From assembly GCA_963779415.1 (NCBI GenBank), contig CAVZYA010000002.1:1696001-1760000 (forward strand): a stretch of 64,000 nucleotides of DNA, given 5' to 3'. The number at the start of each line of letters is the position of its first letter. Position 1 is the stretch's first letter. Source of the stretch: an uncultured Acidobacteriota bacterium (GTDB lineage: Bacteria; Acidobacteriota; Thermoanaerobaculia; UBA5066). The notes under the pieces were generated by a model, which saw only the letters and a list, made by a program, of their open reading frames with translations, was not told the origin of the DNA and made no database searches. Position numbers and translations under genes: made by a program. Positions 50,280 through 62,415 of the stretch are shown in pieces.

Positions 50280-51431
50280 TCACGTCGAACCCTCGTCCCC
50301 CACGTCCGCAACCAGGACGTCGATTCCTCCGGCGTCCTCAAGGACCCTCGGCACGACCCCGGGCGCGAGGCGCCCGAGCAGTCCGCGGCGGTGGGGGCGC
50401 CCCAGAACGAGGACCTTCACCCCCTCGGAGCGGATGAAGGTGAGAATCGCGCCCGCCACGTCCTCCGACTCGCGGTAGACAACGGTCGCGCCGAGCGCCA
50501 TCGCGAGGTTGATGTTCTCGACGAGGGCCCGGTGCTGCGCGGCCGAGAGGTTCTCGGGCCGGTCGCGCCTCCTCCGGACATAGAAAGCGTACCAGCGGGT
50601 GTTCATTCGGCCCGCGAGCCGTGAGCCGCGGAGAATCAGGGCCTTCGCGATCGGTGGGTCGAGGGGGAGGGCGACTGCCACCCGGATGTCGGACGGCAGC
50701 GGAAACGCTCCGGAGGTCTCGGTCCTTTCGTGGTCCACCTTCTCGGCCGTCTCCCGGAGGGCCAGCTCGCGCAGCGAGCGGAGGTTCTCCTCGCGGAAGA
50801 AGTTCTCGAGGGCTGTCGCCGCCTGGGCGGGAGGGTAGATCTTTCCCTGCTTCAGCCGGTCCCGAAGCTCCGAGACGGGAAGGTCCACGTTGACGACCGA
50901 GTCGGCTTCCCGGACGACCCGGTCGGGGACCCGCTCCTTGATCTCGAGCCCGGTGGCCGACTTCACGACGTCCTGCACCCCTTCGAGGTGCTGGACGTTC
51001 ACGGTCGTCAGGACGGAGATACCGGCTTCGAGGAGCTGCTCGACGTCCTGCCACCGCTTCTCGTTCCGGCTCCCCGGGGCGTTCGTGTGCGCCAGCTCGT
51101 CGACGATCGCGACCTCGGGCTTCCGCGCGAGGATGACCTCGAGGTCCATCTCCATAAGGACGGTTCCCTTGTAATCGACAGTCCGCCGCGGGACGACCTC
51201 GAGGTCGCCGATCCGATCGGCCGTCTCCTGCCTGCCGTGGGTCTCGACGAAGCCGACGACGACGTCGATCCCCCGCGCGCGCATCGCGTGCGCGTCGTCG
51301 AGCATCTTGTAGGTCTTCCCGACTCCCGCCGCCTGACCGAGGTAGACCTTCAACCGTCCCCGCTTCTCCTCGCGCGCGAGGAGGCGGAGAAAGGCCTCGG
51401 GGTCCGGGCGCTTCGGTTCTTCGGGCTTCAC
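50280..51431 (-). CDS. kdpD: Stand-alone KdpD N-terminal (osmosensor) + USP domain protein
   Basis: GRLKVYLGQAAGVGKTYKML, VDELAHTN, KRWQDVE.LL.AGI, NVQHLE, ALRE; no kinase domain. Confidence 0.88.
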   Translation of the reverse strand: MKPEEPKRPDPEAFLRLLAREEKRGRLKVYLGQAAGVGKTYKMLDDAHAMRARGIDVVVGFVETHGRQETADRIGDLEVVPRRTVDYKGTVLMEMDLEVILARKPEVAIVDELAHTNAPGSRNEKRWQDVEQLLEAGISVLTTVNVQHLEGVQDVVKSATGLEIKERVPDRVVREADSVVNVDLPVSELRDRLKQGKIYPPAQAATALENFFREENLRSLRELALRETAEKVDHERTETSGAFPLPSDIRVAVALPLDPPIAKALILRGSRLAGRMNTRWYAFYVRRRRDRPENLSAAQHRALVENINLAMALGATVVYRESEDVAGAILTFIRSEGVKVLVLGRPHRRGLLGRLAPGVVPRVLEDAGGIDVLVADVGDEGST

Positions 51432-51438
51432 CCCCCCA

Positions 51439-52071
51439 TTATCGGGCGGCGGGGCTTGGCGCCGGCGTGGCAGTCGGCGTCGGCGCGATCTGGGGATGGC
51501 CAATCCGGGCGTCGATCTCCAGGTTGAGTGCGAGGACGTTTACCCGGGGCTCGCCGTAGAGGCCGAGGAAGCGCCCCTGTTCGACCCGGGCGACGAGGGC
51601 CTCGAGGTCGCTCGCCGGAATCCCGGTCTCCCGGGCGACGCGGGGGATCTGGCAGGCGAGCGTACTCCGGCGAGATGTGGGGATCGACGCCCGAGCCGGA
51701 AGACGTGACGGCGTCGGCCGGGACGGATCCGGCGACACCCTCGTCGCTTCTCACGGCCGTCACGGCGTCCTTGACGGAGTCGGCGAGCTTCTTCGAGGTG
51801 GGGCCGAGATTCGTCCCTCCGGAAGCGGTAGCGTCGTATCCGTGATCGCCGGCTGCGGACGGACGGCCGTGAAAGAGCTTCGGAGAGGTGAAGGCCTGTC
51901 CGATCAGCGAAGAACCGACGGTCCTCTCCCCCCTTCTCGAGAAAGCTCCCGTCGGCTTGCTCTCGAAAAGCGATCTGGCCCAACGCCCCAGACGACCGCG
52001 GGATAGCCGAGCCCGAGGAGAACTGTCAGGGCGAGGAAGAGGCGGAGAGAAGGGAGGAAGTGCTCTTTCAT
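51439..52071 (-). CDS. kdpC: K+-transporting ATPase subunit C (frameshifted)
   Basis: LGLGYP, QADGS, F.SRPS, SGGTNLGPTS, DAVTSSGSGVDPHISP, GEPRVNVLALN across frames. Confidence 0.87.
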
Positions 52072-52079
52072 GGAATGCC

Positions 52080-54138
<2,059 letters not shown>

Positions 54139-54151
54139 GACGGTCCGTTCC

Positions 54152-55860
54152 TCAGAAGAGCTTTCCGGCGCCCATCAGGAGGTGCTCGACGATCGGTCCG
54201 AGCGAGAGCGCAGGGAAGAACGTGAGCGCGCCGACGATCAGGATGACGCCGATGAGGAGCAGGACGAAGAGCGGACCGTCGACCGGGAAAGTGCCGATCG
54301 ACTCGGCCACCTTCTTCTTCGCTGCGAGCGAGCCGGCGATCCCGAGGATCGGGATGATCATCAGGAAGCGCCCGAAGAACATCGCGATGCCGAGCGCCAC
54401 GTTGTAGAAGTCGGAGTTGGCGTTGAGTCCGGCGAACGCGCTGCCGTTGTTCCCCGTGGCGCTCGTGAAGGCGTAGAGGATCTCGGAGAGCCCGTGCGGC
54501 CCCGCGTTGTTCAGGCCGGCGAGGCCCGCCTTCGACGCGATCCCGATGGCGGTTCCGACGAGGATGCGAGAAGGTCAGGATGAGCACCGAGAGCATCGCG
54601 AGCTTCACTTCCTTCGCCTCGATCTTCTTGCCGAGGTACTCGGGCGTCCGCCCGACCATGAGGCCGGCGATGAAGACCGAGAGGACGACGAAGAGAAGCA
54701 TCCCGTAGAGGCCGGCGCCGACGCCGCCGAAGATGATCTCGCCGAGCTGGATGTTCAGGAGCGGGACGAGGCCTCCCAGCGGCGTGAAGGAGTCGTGCAT
54801 CGAGTTGACGGCGCCGCAGGAGGCGTCGGTGGTGATCGTGGCGAACAGGGCGGAGTCGACAGGCCCGAACCGGACTTCCTTGCCCTCCATGTTTCCCATC
54901 GCGTGCGACACGCCGAGACCGTGATGGATCGGGATTCCCGCGGACCTCGAAGTACCCGGCGATCAGCGCTCCGGCCAGAAAGAGGCTCGCCATCGACCAG
55001 AAGACCGCCCAGCCGTGCCGCGTCTTCCCCGTCATGGCGCCGAGCGTGTAGGTCAGCCCGCCGCCGATCGAGAAGATCAGGAACATCTCGACGAGGTTGC
55101 TGAAGGGCGTGGGGTTCTCGTACGGATGGGCGGAGTTCGCGTTGAAGAAGCCGCCGCCGTTCGTCCCCAGCTCCTTGATGGCCTCCTGCGAGGCGATGGG
55201 GCCCTGCGGGATCTTCTGCGTCGCGCCCTCGAGCGTCGTGACGGCCACGGAAGGCTTGAAGTTCTGGATGACGCCCTGCGACATCAGGACCACGGCGGCG
55301 AGGAGACTGATCGGCAGCAGCACCCAGAGGATGGAGCGGACGAGGTCGAACCAGAAGTTGCCGATCCCCTTCGACTCGGTCCGGGCCACCCCCCTCACGA
55401 ACGCGATCGCGATGGCGATGCCGGTGGCTGCCGAGGCGAAGTTGTGCACGGCGAGCCCGGCCATCTGGGTGAAGAGAGACATCGTGGACTCGCCCGAGTA
55501 CGCCTGCCAGTTCGTGTTCGTCGTGAACGAGACTGCGGTGTTCCAGGCGAGGGCCGGCGGGACGGCCGGCATCTTGTCGGGGTTGAGCGGCAGGAGGTGC
55601 TGCAACCGCTCCATCGCGTAAAGGACGACGAGGCTGACGACGTTGAAGACCATCATCGCGCCCGTGTACGCGACGAATCCCTGCTCGCGAGAGGCGTCGA
55701 TGCCACCCACTCGATGGAGCAGACGTTCGAGCGGCAGGAGGACGGGATCGAGGAAGGTCTTCTCCTTCGAGAACACCTTCGTCATGTAGACGCCGAGCGG
55801 CTTGACGACCGCGAGGACGAGGAGGAAGTAGATCCCGGTTTTCAGACAGACATCGAGCAT
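54152..55860 (-). CDS. kdpA: K+-transporting ATPase subunit A (frameshifted)
   Basis: [60 protein letters not shown]. Confidence 0.92.
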
Positions 55861-55868
55861 CGGCGTCC

Positions 55869-55958
55869 TCACAGCTTCTCGGGCTTCAGCAGGGCGTAGA
55901 GCAGATAGGCGAGGGCGAGGACGGAGAGCGCGAGGCCGAGCACGGTCTCGAAGGTCAT
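55869..55958 (-). CDS. kdpF: K+-transporting ATPase subunit F
   Basis: Manual translation MTFETVLGLALSVLALAYLLYALLKPEKL (YL.YAL..PE.), directly upstream of kdpA. Confidence 0.88.
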   Translation of the reverse strand: MTFETVLGLALSVLALAYLLYALLKPEKL

Positions 55959-55968
55959 AAGGGGGCCC

Positions 55969-56052
55969 CTAGAGCCCCTCGCAGCGCTTCACGTACCAGA
56001 GCGAGGCGGCGAGGAGAGCGGCGGACGCAAGCAGAAAGAGGGCATCGAGCAT
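55969..56052 (-). CDS. Second hydrophobic Kdp-associated micropeptide (27 aa)
   Basis: MLDALFLLASAALLAASLWYVKRCEGL with AAGGA RBS, between porin and kdpF. Confidence 0.7.
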   Translation of the reverse strand: MLDALFLLASAALLAASLWYVKRCEGL

Positions 56053-56063
56053 GGGATTCCTTT

Positions 56064-57245
56064 TCAGAAGACGTAGATCGCGTCGAGGAGGATCGTCGGC
56101 TGAGAGGTCGTGAAGGTGGACTGCTTCTCGAAGACGGCGCGGTTCGACCAGTCCAGTCGCAGGTCTGCGCGAAGGAGAAAATGGGAGGTGATCTTCCATT
56201 CGGGGGTCAGCGTGACCTCCTTGAGGTACTGCCCGACGCCGGTCCGGGCGCCCTCCGGGTCTGCGAAGTACTCGCCCCGGAAAATGAAGGCGAAGTGATC
56301 GGAGAGGCCGAATCTCGCGTAGCCGACGATGCCGCTCCAGGTCGCCGTCTGGCCCGCCGTCACGGCATTCGGCTCGCTTCCGTACGTCAGCTCGAGGGTG
56401 AAGACCGTCAGGTCGGTGGCCTTCCACTGTCCCACGACGTTCCCGACGTTTCGCCAGTTCGCGTTCGTGTTTGGTTGCTCGGGCCCCACCATGTAGTTCC
56501 CGGTGACCGAGATCGTCTTCGAGGGGGTCCAGATGAGCTGCGCGCCGAAGGACTTGCCGCTGTTGTTGTCCTTCACGACGTCCCAGCCGTTGCAGATCTG
56601 AAGCATGCCGGCCAGCTCGTCGCTGAAGGTATAGGTGGCCTTCAGGCCGGTATGGGTGAAGGGAATGGCGTAACCGAAGACGAAGGAGCGGGTCGCGTTG
56701 TCGTTCCAGCCGTCGTACCCCTCGATGACCTCGTTGCCCATGTGGGTAATGAACTTCCCGAAGTCGAACCGAAGCCCGCTTCCGAGGGGTGCAACATAGC
56801 TGACGAAGGCCTGCTGGAGGTCAAAGTCCTGTCCCTGGAAGAGGCCGGCGGCCGAGGCGACCCGCGCCACGGCGCCCGCCACGGCATCCACCCGGAAGCC
56901 GGCGTCGCCGGGCTTCTCGACGGCCTTCTGCAGGACGATCTCGGCGGCGTCGATGTTGACGCTGTTGTCCTGGTAATCGAAGACGCGGTACTGATTCAGG
57001 GCCGAAGCCGGCCGGTTGGTGTTGTACCCGTACCAGGCCGACACGAAGCCGTTGACCGCGATCTCCTCGTACCAGGGCTTCGGCGTGGGCGTCGGAGCCG
57101 GCGTGGGAGTCGGGGTGGGAGAGGGAGCCGGAGCCGAAGGAGTGGGCTCCTGCTTCTCGTCCGGCAGGGCGCGAGCAGCGGACGAGAGGAGCATCGCGGA
57201 GAAAGCGGCGGCGCAGAGGTATCGAGAAGGCGGATCGTTACTCAT
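56064..57245 (-). CDS. Outer-membrane beta-barrel porin (OmpL-like/BBP2-type)
   Basis: Signal peptide, Pro/Thr linker, QQAFVSY, FGKF.T..G.EVIE, N..RSF.F..AIPFTHTG, NGWD, C-terminal Phe. Confidence 0.82.
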   Translation of the reverse strand: MSNDPPSRYLCAAAFSAMLLSSAARALPDEKQEPTPSAPAPSPTPTPTPAPTPTPKPWYEEIAVNGFVSAWYGYNTNRPASALNQYRVFDYQDNSVNIDAAEIVLQKAVEKPGDAGFRVDAVAGAVARVASAAGLFQGQDFDLQQAFVSYVAPLGSGLRFDFGKFITHMGNEVIEGYDGWNDNATRSFVFGYAIPFTHTGLKATYTFSDELAGMLQICNGWDVVKDNNSGKSFGAQLIWTPSKTISVTGNYMVGPEQPNTNANWRNVGNVVGQWKATDLTVFTLELTYGSEPNAVTAGQTATWSGIVGYARFGLSDHFAFIFRGEYFADPEGARTGVGQYLKEVTLTPEWKITSHFLLRADLRLDWSNRAVFEKQSTFTTSQPTILLDAIYVF

Positions 57246-57268
57246 CTCTGTCTGACTTCGTGAGCTGT

Positions 57269-57550
57269 TCAGGCGGCGCGTGCTCCGGATGCCGGCGCAC
57301 GCCCCGCCTTCGATCGAAACCCTTCGAGGCTCCGGTCGAGCCACATGTTCCAGTCGAAGCGAAGCTGCCCGAGCGCCGCGGAAAAGAAGATCACGTAAGC
57401 GCCGAATCCAGCCATCCCAGAGAGTATGCGAGGGATACCACCGAGCTTCGAGGCGAGGAGGGCGCCTGCGAGGAGCACTCCGAATGAAAGGAACAAGAGG
57501 ACCAGAAGTCGAAGGACGGCCGGAAATCGGGAACCGGAATCGTCTCGCAC
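57269..57550 (-). CDS. Hypothetical two-TM membrane protein
   Basis: Hydrophobic ORF between kdpE and the porin, same strand. Confidence 0.45.
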   Translation of the reverse strand: MRDDSGSRFPAVLRLLVLLFLSFGVLLAGALLASKLGGIPRILSGMAGFGAYVIFFSAALGQLRFDWNMWLDRSLEGFRSKAGRAPASGARAA

Positions 57551-57594
57551 GCCCGAAAGATGCGACCGGACGGAGCAGGAAGTCCGGAAGGAGG

Positions 57595-57613
57595 CCGAAA
57601 GAAGTTCTAAAGA
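57595..57613 (-). promoter_or_regulatory. Possible KdpE-binding site
   Basis: TCTTTAGAACTTCTTTCGG: T-rich tandem TTT tracts in a GC-rich background upstream of the porin-kdpFABC unit, loosely like the E. coli KdpE box. Confidence 0.3.
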
Positions 57614-57629
57614 CGGCCGGTTCGCCGGG

Positions 57630-58334
57630 TCAGCGAAGAGGCTCGGCGACGAAGCGGTAGCCGACCCACGGCTCGGTCAGGATGAATCGGGGGCGGGCGG
57701 GGTCGGGCTCGATCTTCCTCCGGAGGGAGCCGACGTGGACGCGGACGACGTCCGGCGTCGTCCCCGGCGCCCCGTGCCAGACGCGCCCGATGATCTGGGC
57801 GATCGTCACGGGCTTTCCGGCCCGCGAGGCGAGGAACTCGAGGATGGAGAACTCGGTCGGCGTGAGCCGCACATCCCGGCCCTCAACCGTGACGAGCCGC
57901 CGCTCGACGTCAATCGTCAGGCCCGGAAACTCCAGGGGCTCGCGTGCCGCCTCGTCGAGCGTCCGCCGGAGGTGCGCCCGGACGCGGGCGAGAAGCTCGT
58001 GCACCGAGAACGGCTTGCTGACGTAGTCGTCGGCGCCGAGATCGAGGGCCCGGACTTTGTCGCTCTCGCCGCCGCGGACGGAGAGGACGACGATCGGGGT
58101 CCGGGAGCGACGCCGGACGGCTGCGATCAGCTCGTAGCCGTCGCTCTGCGGCATGGCGAGGTCCGTCAGGACGAGGTCCGGTGCTTCCGCCTCGAACCGC
58201 GAGAGGCCCTCCCGGCCATCCGCCGCCTCGATCGTCTCGTACCCGGCGGCCTGCAGCTCGGCGGCGAGGCCCCGGCGGACGGCGGGGTCGTCGTCCACGA
58301 CCAGGAGTCGCAGGATCTGCGCCCCGCGGGTCAT
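57630..58334 (-). CDS. kdpE: OmpR-family response regulator KdpE
   Basis: KVRALDLGADDYVSKPF, LTPTEF, LRRKIEPDPARPRFILTEPWVGYRF. Confidence 0.9.
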   Translation of the reverse strand: MTRGAQILRLLVVDDDPAVRRGLAAELQAAGYETIEAADGREGLSRFEAEAPDLVLTDLAMPQSDGYELIAAVRRRSRTPIVVLSVRGGESDKVRALDLGADDYVSKPFSVHELLARVRAHLRRTLDEAAREPLEFPGLTIDVERRLVTVEGRDVRLTPTEFSILEFLASRAGKPVTIAQIIGRVWHGAPGTTPDVVRVHVGSLRRKIEPDPARPRFILTEPWVGYRFVAEPLR

Positions 58335-59824
58335 GCCGGGCCTCCGGTCGCGGCTGCCGGGAAGTCGAGACGGGCGATCGTTCCGCCGCCGGGCCGGTCG
58401 AAGAGGGTGACGCTTCCGCCGAGCGCCCGCGCGAGAGAGCGGCAGATCTCGAGACCGAGGCCGGCGCGTCCACTGTCGCCCGGCTCGCCCCGGCCAGCGT
58501 GCCGCCTGCTTGACCGACGGCCGGAACGCCGGGGCCGCGGTCGAGCATGCTCGAGACGGACCGCTTCCCGGCTCGAGTGGCTCCGGCGCGGCCGAAAGCT
58601 CGAGGGGAGCGCCGGGGGGCGAGGCGCGGGCGGCGTTCTCGAGGAGGTTCGAGAGGATCTCGACGGCGAGGGCGGGATCGACGAGGAGGTCGGGGGTCTC
58701 CGGCGCGATCGAGACCTCGACCGCGACGCCCCTCGAGATACGAGCGAGAGGCTCTCCAGTCGCCGCGCGGAAGAGGTCGGCCGCGGGCGAGGGCTCGGGC
58801 TTCGGCGCGAATGTCCCGGCGTCGAGCCGCGCCATGGCGAGGAGATTGTCGATCCGCCGCGAGAGACGCTCCGTCTCGCGCGCGACCTCGTCGACGACCT
58901 CTTCGGCGCCGGCGTCCGGCTCGCGGAGCCGCTCGAGGCCGATCCGGATCGCCGTCATAGGTGTCCGGAGGTCGTGCGAGACGGCGCGGAGGAGGGACGT
59001 CTTCAGCGGCGTCGCTCTCGCGGAGGGCCTCCGATGGCGGTCCGCTCCCGAAGGAACCGCTCGCGCTCGACGGCGAGGGCGACCAGGCGCCCGACCGACT
59101 CCAGCGCCGTGCGATCCGCCTTCGTTCCGCGTGCGACGAGAAGGCCACTCGCCTTCCCGCCGACGGCGAGCGGAAGGTAGACGTCCCGGGTGCCGCCGGC
59201 CGCCGCGATCTCGACGGTCTCCCCCTTGCGGCCGACGCTTTCGATCAGGACGTCGTCCGGCCGGAGGCTCCCGGCGAGATCGAAGACGACATCGGCCTTT
59301 CCGGGGCCGTCGCGGAACAGGACGAGGCCGCCACCCCGGGCGCCGATCGTCCGGAGCGCCCTTCCCGCCGCTTCGCCGAGCGCCCCGATTCGGTTCGTCG
59401 CGGCGAAGAGGTCGATCGAGAGGTCGTAAAGGGCTTCGACCTCGGCTCTCCGCGCCTCGGCATCGGCGGCCTGCTGCCGGGCCCGCGCGACGAGCCGGCT
59501 CGCGACCGTGGAGGCGACGAGAAACGCCGCGAGTGCCACCCAGTTCGACGGGTCGGCGATCGTGAAGGTCCCGACCGGCGGGAGGAAGAAGAAGTTGAAG
59601 GCGAGGGCCGCGGCGAGGGAAGCGACGGTACCGGCGACGAGGCCGCGTCCCACCGCCACGCCGAGGACGGCGATCAGGAAGGCGAAGCCCGTGGTCGTCG
59701 GGTTGGCGCCGAGGGCCCGGCCGAGAGCGGTCACCGCGGCGACCGCGGCGAGGGCCGAGGACCGCATCGGCGGTCGCCGGATCAGACCGGCCCGCCGCGT
59801 GCCGGACTCTCCGCTCGGAGTCAC
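58331..59824 (-). CDS. kdpD: KdpD C-terminal half (DUF4118 TM, GAF-like, HisKA/HATPase), frameshifted
   Basis: AFNFFFLPP..TFTIADP.NWVAL, VSHDLRTP, NLLENA, DRGPG across frames. Confidence 0.8.
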
Positions 59825-60900
59825 CTCACCGCCTCCTCCCGGGGAGCGGAATGCGGGTTGCGCCGCACGGGCCAGATCCCGATGCCCCGCGAGAGAGCAT
59901 CGGCGGCGATCCGATGCCCCGAAGCGTTCCAGTGGCTCCTGTCGGCAGCTCGTGTGACGATCCCACGGCGTTCGGCTTCCTCTTCGGCTTCGGCCACTCC
60001 GCCAATGACGATGAGGTTACTCGCCGAGGCGATGCGCCGGAACTCGGCCGCAAACGGCGGGGTCTCGTCGACGCAGAAGGCGTAGAGAGCCCGTTCGGGG
60101 CCGACGCGCTCCCTCATCCGGCGGAGGAGTCGTGCGGTGGTCTCGCTTGCTTCGGCGAAAAGAGGGTGGCTGGCCCCGACCTGAGCGATCTCGGTCTCGA
60201 TGGAGGCCGCATTGGAGGAGGCCGCGAGCCGGTCGAGTCGGGAGAGGATGAAGTAGACCGAGCGGAGGTGTCGGTTCGCGAAGTCGCGAAGGAGAGAGAA
60301 AGGCTTCGGCATCCGCCGGACGATCCGTCCGTCCGGAAGGAGATAGGGACGCGTCATGCCGTTGTTGTTCCTCGTGCTCCGGCGTTCGAGTTCGAACGAA
60401 TTGTTGACGAAGTCGTTCGCCGAGAACTGGAGGACGACGGCGTCGGGGTCTATGGCGTCGAGACGGCGGTTGAGGACCATCAGCTCCTGAAGCGTCCCCC
60501 AGCCTCCGGTGCCGCTCGCGTAGGCCTCGATTCCGTCCCGAGCGGCGAGGAGCGCGTAGAAGGTTTCCTCGTCCGAGACCTCGAGCGCCTGCGTGAAGGA
60601 GTCTCCGACGAATAGGACGCGCGAGCCGGCGGCGCCGAAAGGCGCGGAATCCGGCGGAAACCGTCGGCGTCGAAGTGGACGGAAATCCGGGAAGTCCTTC
60701 CCGCGGCGTCGGTCCGGTCCTCCGCCGACGCGAAGTTCGGCGTCGTCCGCCAGCCGAGCTCCTCGTCGAGGACGAGGGGGCCGGCCACCGCCGCCTCCGG
60801 GCGGAAGAGACGGCGAATCCGGATGGCGCCCTCCACGAGCGCCAGGCCAGCGAGGAGTCCGAAGAGGACGGCAAGGGCCTTCCGGACCGGTTCGGATCCG
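59821..60900 (-). CDS. SGNH/GDSL hydrolase family protein (frameshifted, start approximate)
   Basis: N-terminal TM, D.ELGW, FVGDSFT, GTGGWGT.QE, NDF, D..HWNA.GH. Confidence 0.72.
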   Translation of the reverse strand, partial: RIRTGPEGPCRPLRTPRWPGARGGRHPDSPSLPPGGGGGRPPRPRRGARLADDAELRVGGGPDRRRGKDFPDFRPLRRRRFPPDSAPFGAAGSRVLFVGDSFTQALEVSDEETFYALLAARDGIEAYASGTGGWGTLQELMVLNRRLDAIDPDAVVLQFSANDFVNNSFELERRSTRNNNGMTRPYLLPDGRIVRRMPKPFSLLRDFANRHLRSVYFILSRLDRLAASSNAASIETEIAQVGASHPLFAEASETTARLLRRMRERVGPERALYAFCVDETPPFAAEFRRIASASNLIVIGGVAEAEEEAERRGIVTRAADRSHWNASGHRIAADALSRGIGIWPVRRNPHSAPREEAVR

Positions 60901-60941
60901 CGCCGCCCTGCGGTCGGCCGACTTCGGGCGCGGAGGAACGG

Positions 60942-62361
60942 CTACCCGTGGATGTTCTGGCCGTGGACGGCCTCCGCCGCCTCGTGAAGCGCTTCCGAGA
61001 GGGTCGGGTGCGCGTGGATCGTCCGGATCATCTCTTCGGTCGTCGCCTCGCAGCGAAGGAACGCCGCCGCCTCGCCGATCAGCTCGGTGGCGTGCGGTCC
61101 GACGATGTGGACGCCGAGGACCTCGTCGTACTTCTTCTCGGAGACGATCTTCACGAACCCCTCGTTCGTCCGCTCCATGGCGCTCTTGGCGAGGACCGGG
61201 AAGGCGAATTTTCCGACGGCGACATCGAAGCCGCGGTCGCGCGCCTTCGCCTCCGAGAGGCCGATGGACGCCACCTCGGGGTCGGTGTAGGTGCAGCCCG
61301 GGACCTGGTCGCGGTTGATCGGCCGCGTCGGGACCCCCGCGATCGTCTCGGCCGCGACGATCCCCTCCGCCGACGCGACGTGCGCCAGCCAGATCGTCGG
61401 GGTCACGTCCCCGATCGCGAAGATCCCGGAGACGTTCGTCTGCTGGTGGTCGTCCACCACGACGTAGCCCTTTTCCGTCCGGACTCCGGCGGCTTCGAGG
61501 CCCAGCCCCTCCGTCACGGGCCGCCGGCCGACGGCGAGGAGGATCTTCTCCACGGTCCAGGAGAGAGGCTTTCCGTCCGGCCCCGTGGCGGCGACGGTCA
61601 CGGTCCCGTCCTCGTTCCGCGTGACGGCCTCGACGGCCGTCGTCGTGTGACATTCGATTCCCTTTTTCCGGAACGACTTCTCGATCTCCTTCGAGATCTC
61701 CTCGTCCTCGACGGGAAGGAGGCGCGGAAGGACCTCCACGAGGATCGTCTTGGTCCCGAAGCGCGAGTAGCACGACGCGAACTCCGACCCGACGGCGCCC
61801 GACCCGATGACGAGGAGCGACGCGGGGACCGACGTGCTCCGGAGGACGTGATCCGAGTTGAGGATCGACTGCCCGTCGGCCTTCAGGAAGGGAAGGTCTC
61901 GCGGCGCGGAGCCGGTCGCGATCACGACGTTTCTCGTCTCGAGCGTCATCTCCCCCCCCTCGCCGGAGACCGCCACGCGGCCGGTTCCCGCGAGCCGCCC
62001 GATCCCGGCGTGGACTTCGATCCGGTGCTTCTTCATCAGGTAGTCGACGCCGCGCGCCCCCTTGAAGACCACCTTGTCGCGGAACTTCGCGACGGCCGGG
62101 AAGTCCAGCTCCACGCCGGACGCCCTCACGCCGAAGTCGGCGGCGTGCCTTGCCTCGTCGAGGAGGGTCGCGGACTTGAGCATCGCCTTCGTCGGGATGC
62201 AGCCGCGGTGGAGACAGGTGCCGCCGAGGCCGATGCCCGGGACCTTCGCGTCCCTCTCCACGATGGCGGTCCTGAGGCCGAGCTGGGCGGCGCGGATGGC
62301 GGCCACGTAGCCTCCGGGCCCGGAGCCGATGACGACGAGGTCGTAGGGGAGATGCGCTCAC
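60942..62361 (-). CDS. lpdA: Dihydrolipoamide dehydrogenase (frameshift near start)
   Basis: GSGPGGYVAAIRAAQLG, GGTCLHRGCIPTK, AIGDV, HAHPTLSE. Confidence 0.93.
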
Positions 62362-62415
62362 GGTGACTCCTTGGCGCGCCGGGCGGCGCGGAGCGCGGAA
62401 ATTATAGGCGGATCG

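Noticed and set aside
57080-57146. Short DNA repeats in the porin gene
   Set aside because: They encode an ordinary Pro/Thr/Ala linker.
57545-57630. c-di-AMP (ydaO) riboswitch upstream of the kdp unit
   Set aside because: Only a small hairpin (tcgca…tgcga) is present, and I could not match the riboswitch consensus in this short interval; an Rfam scan would settle it.
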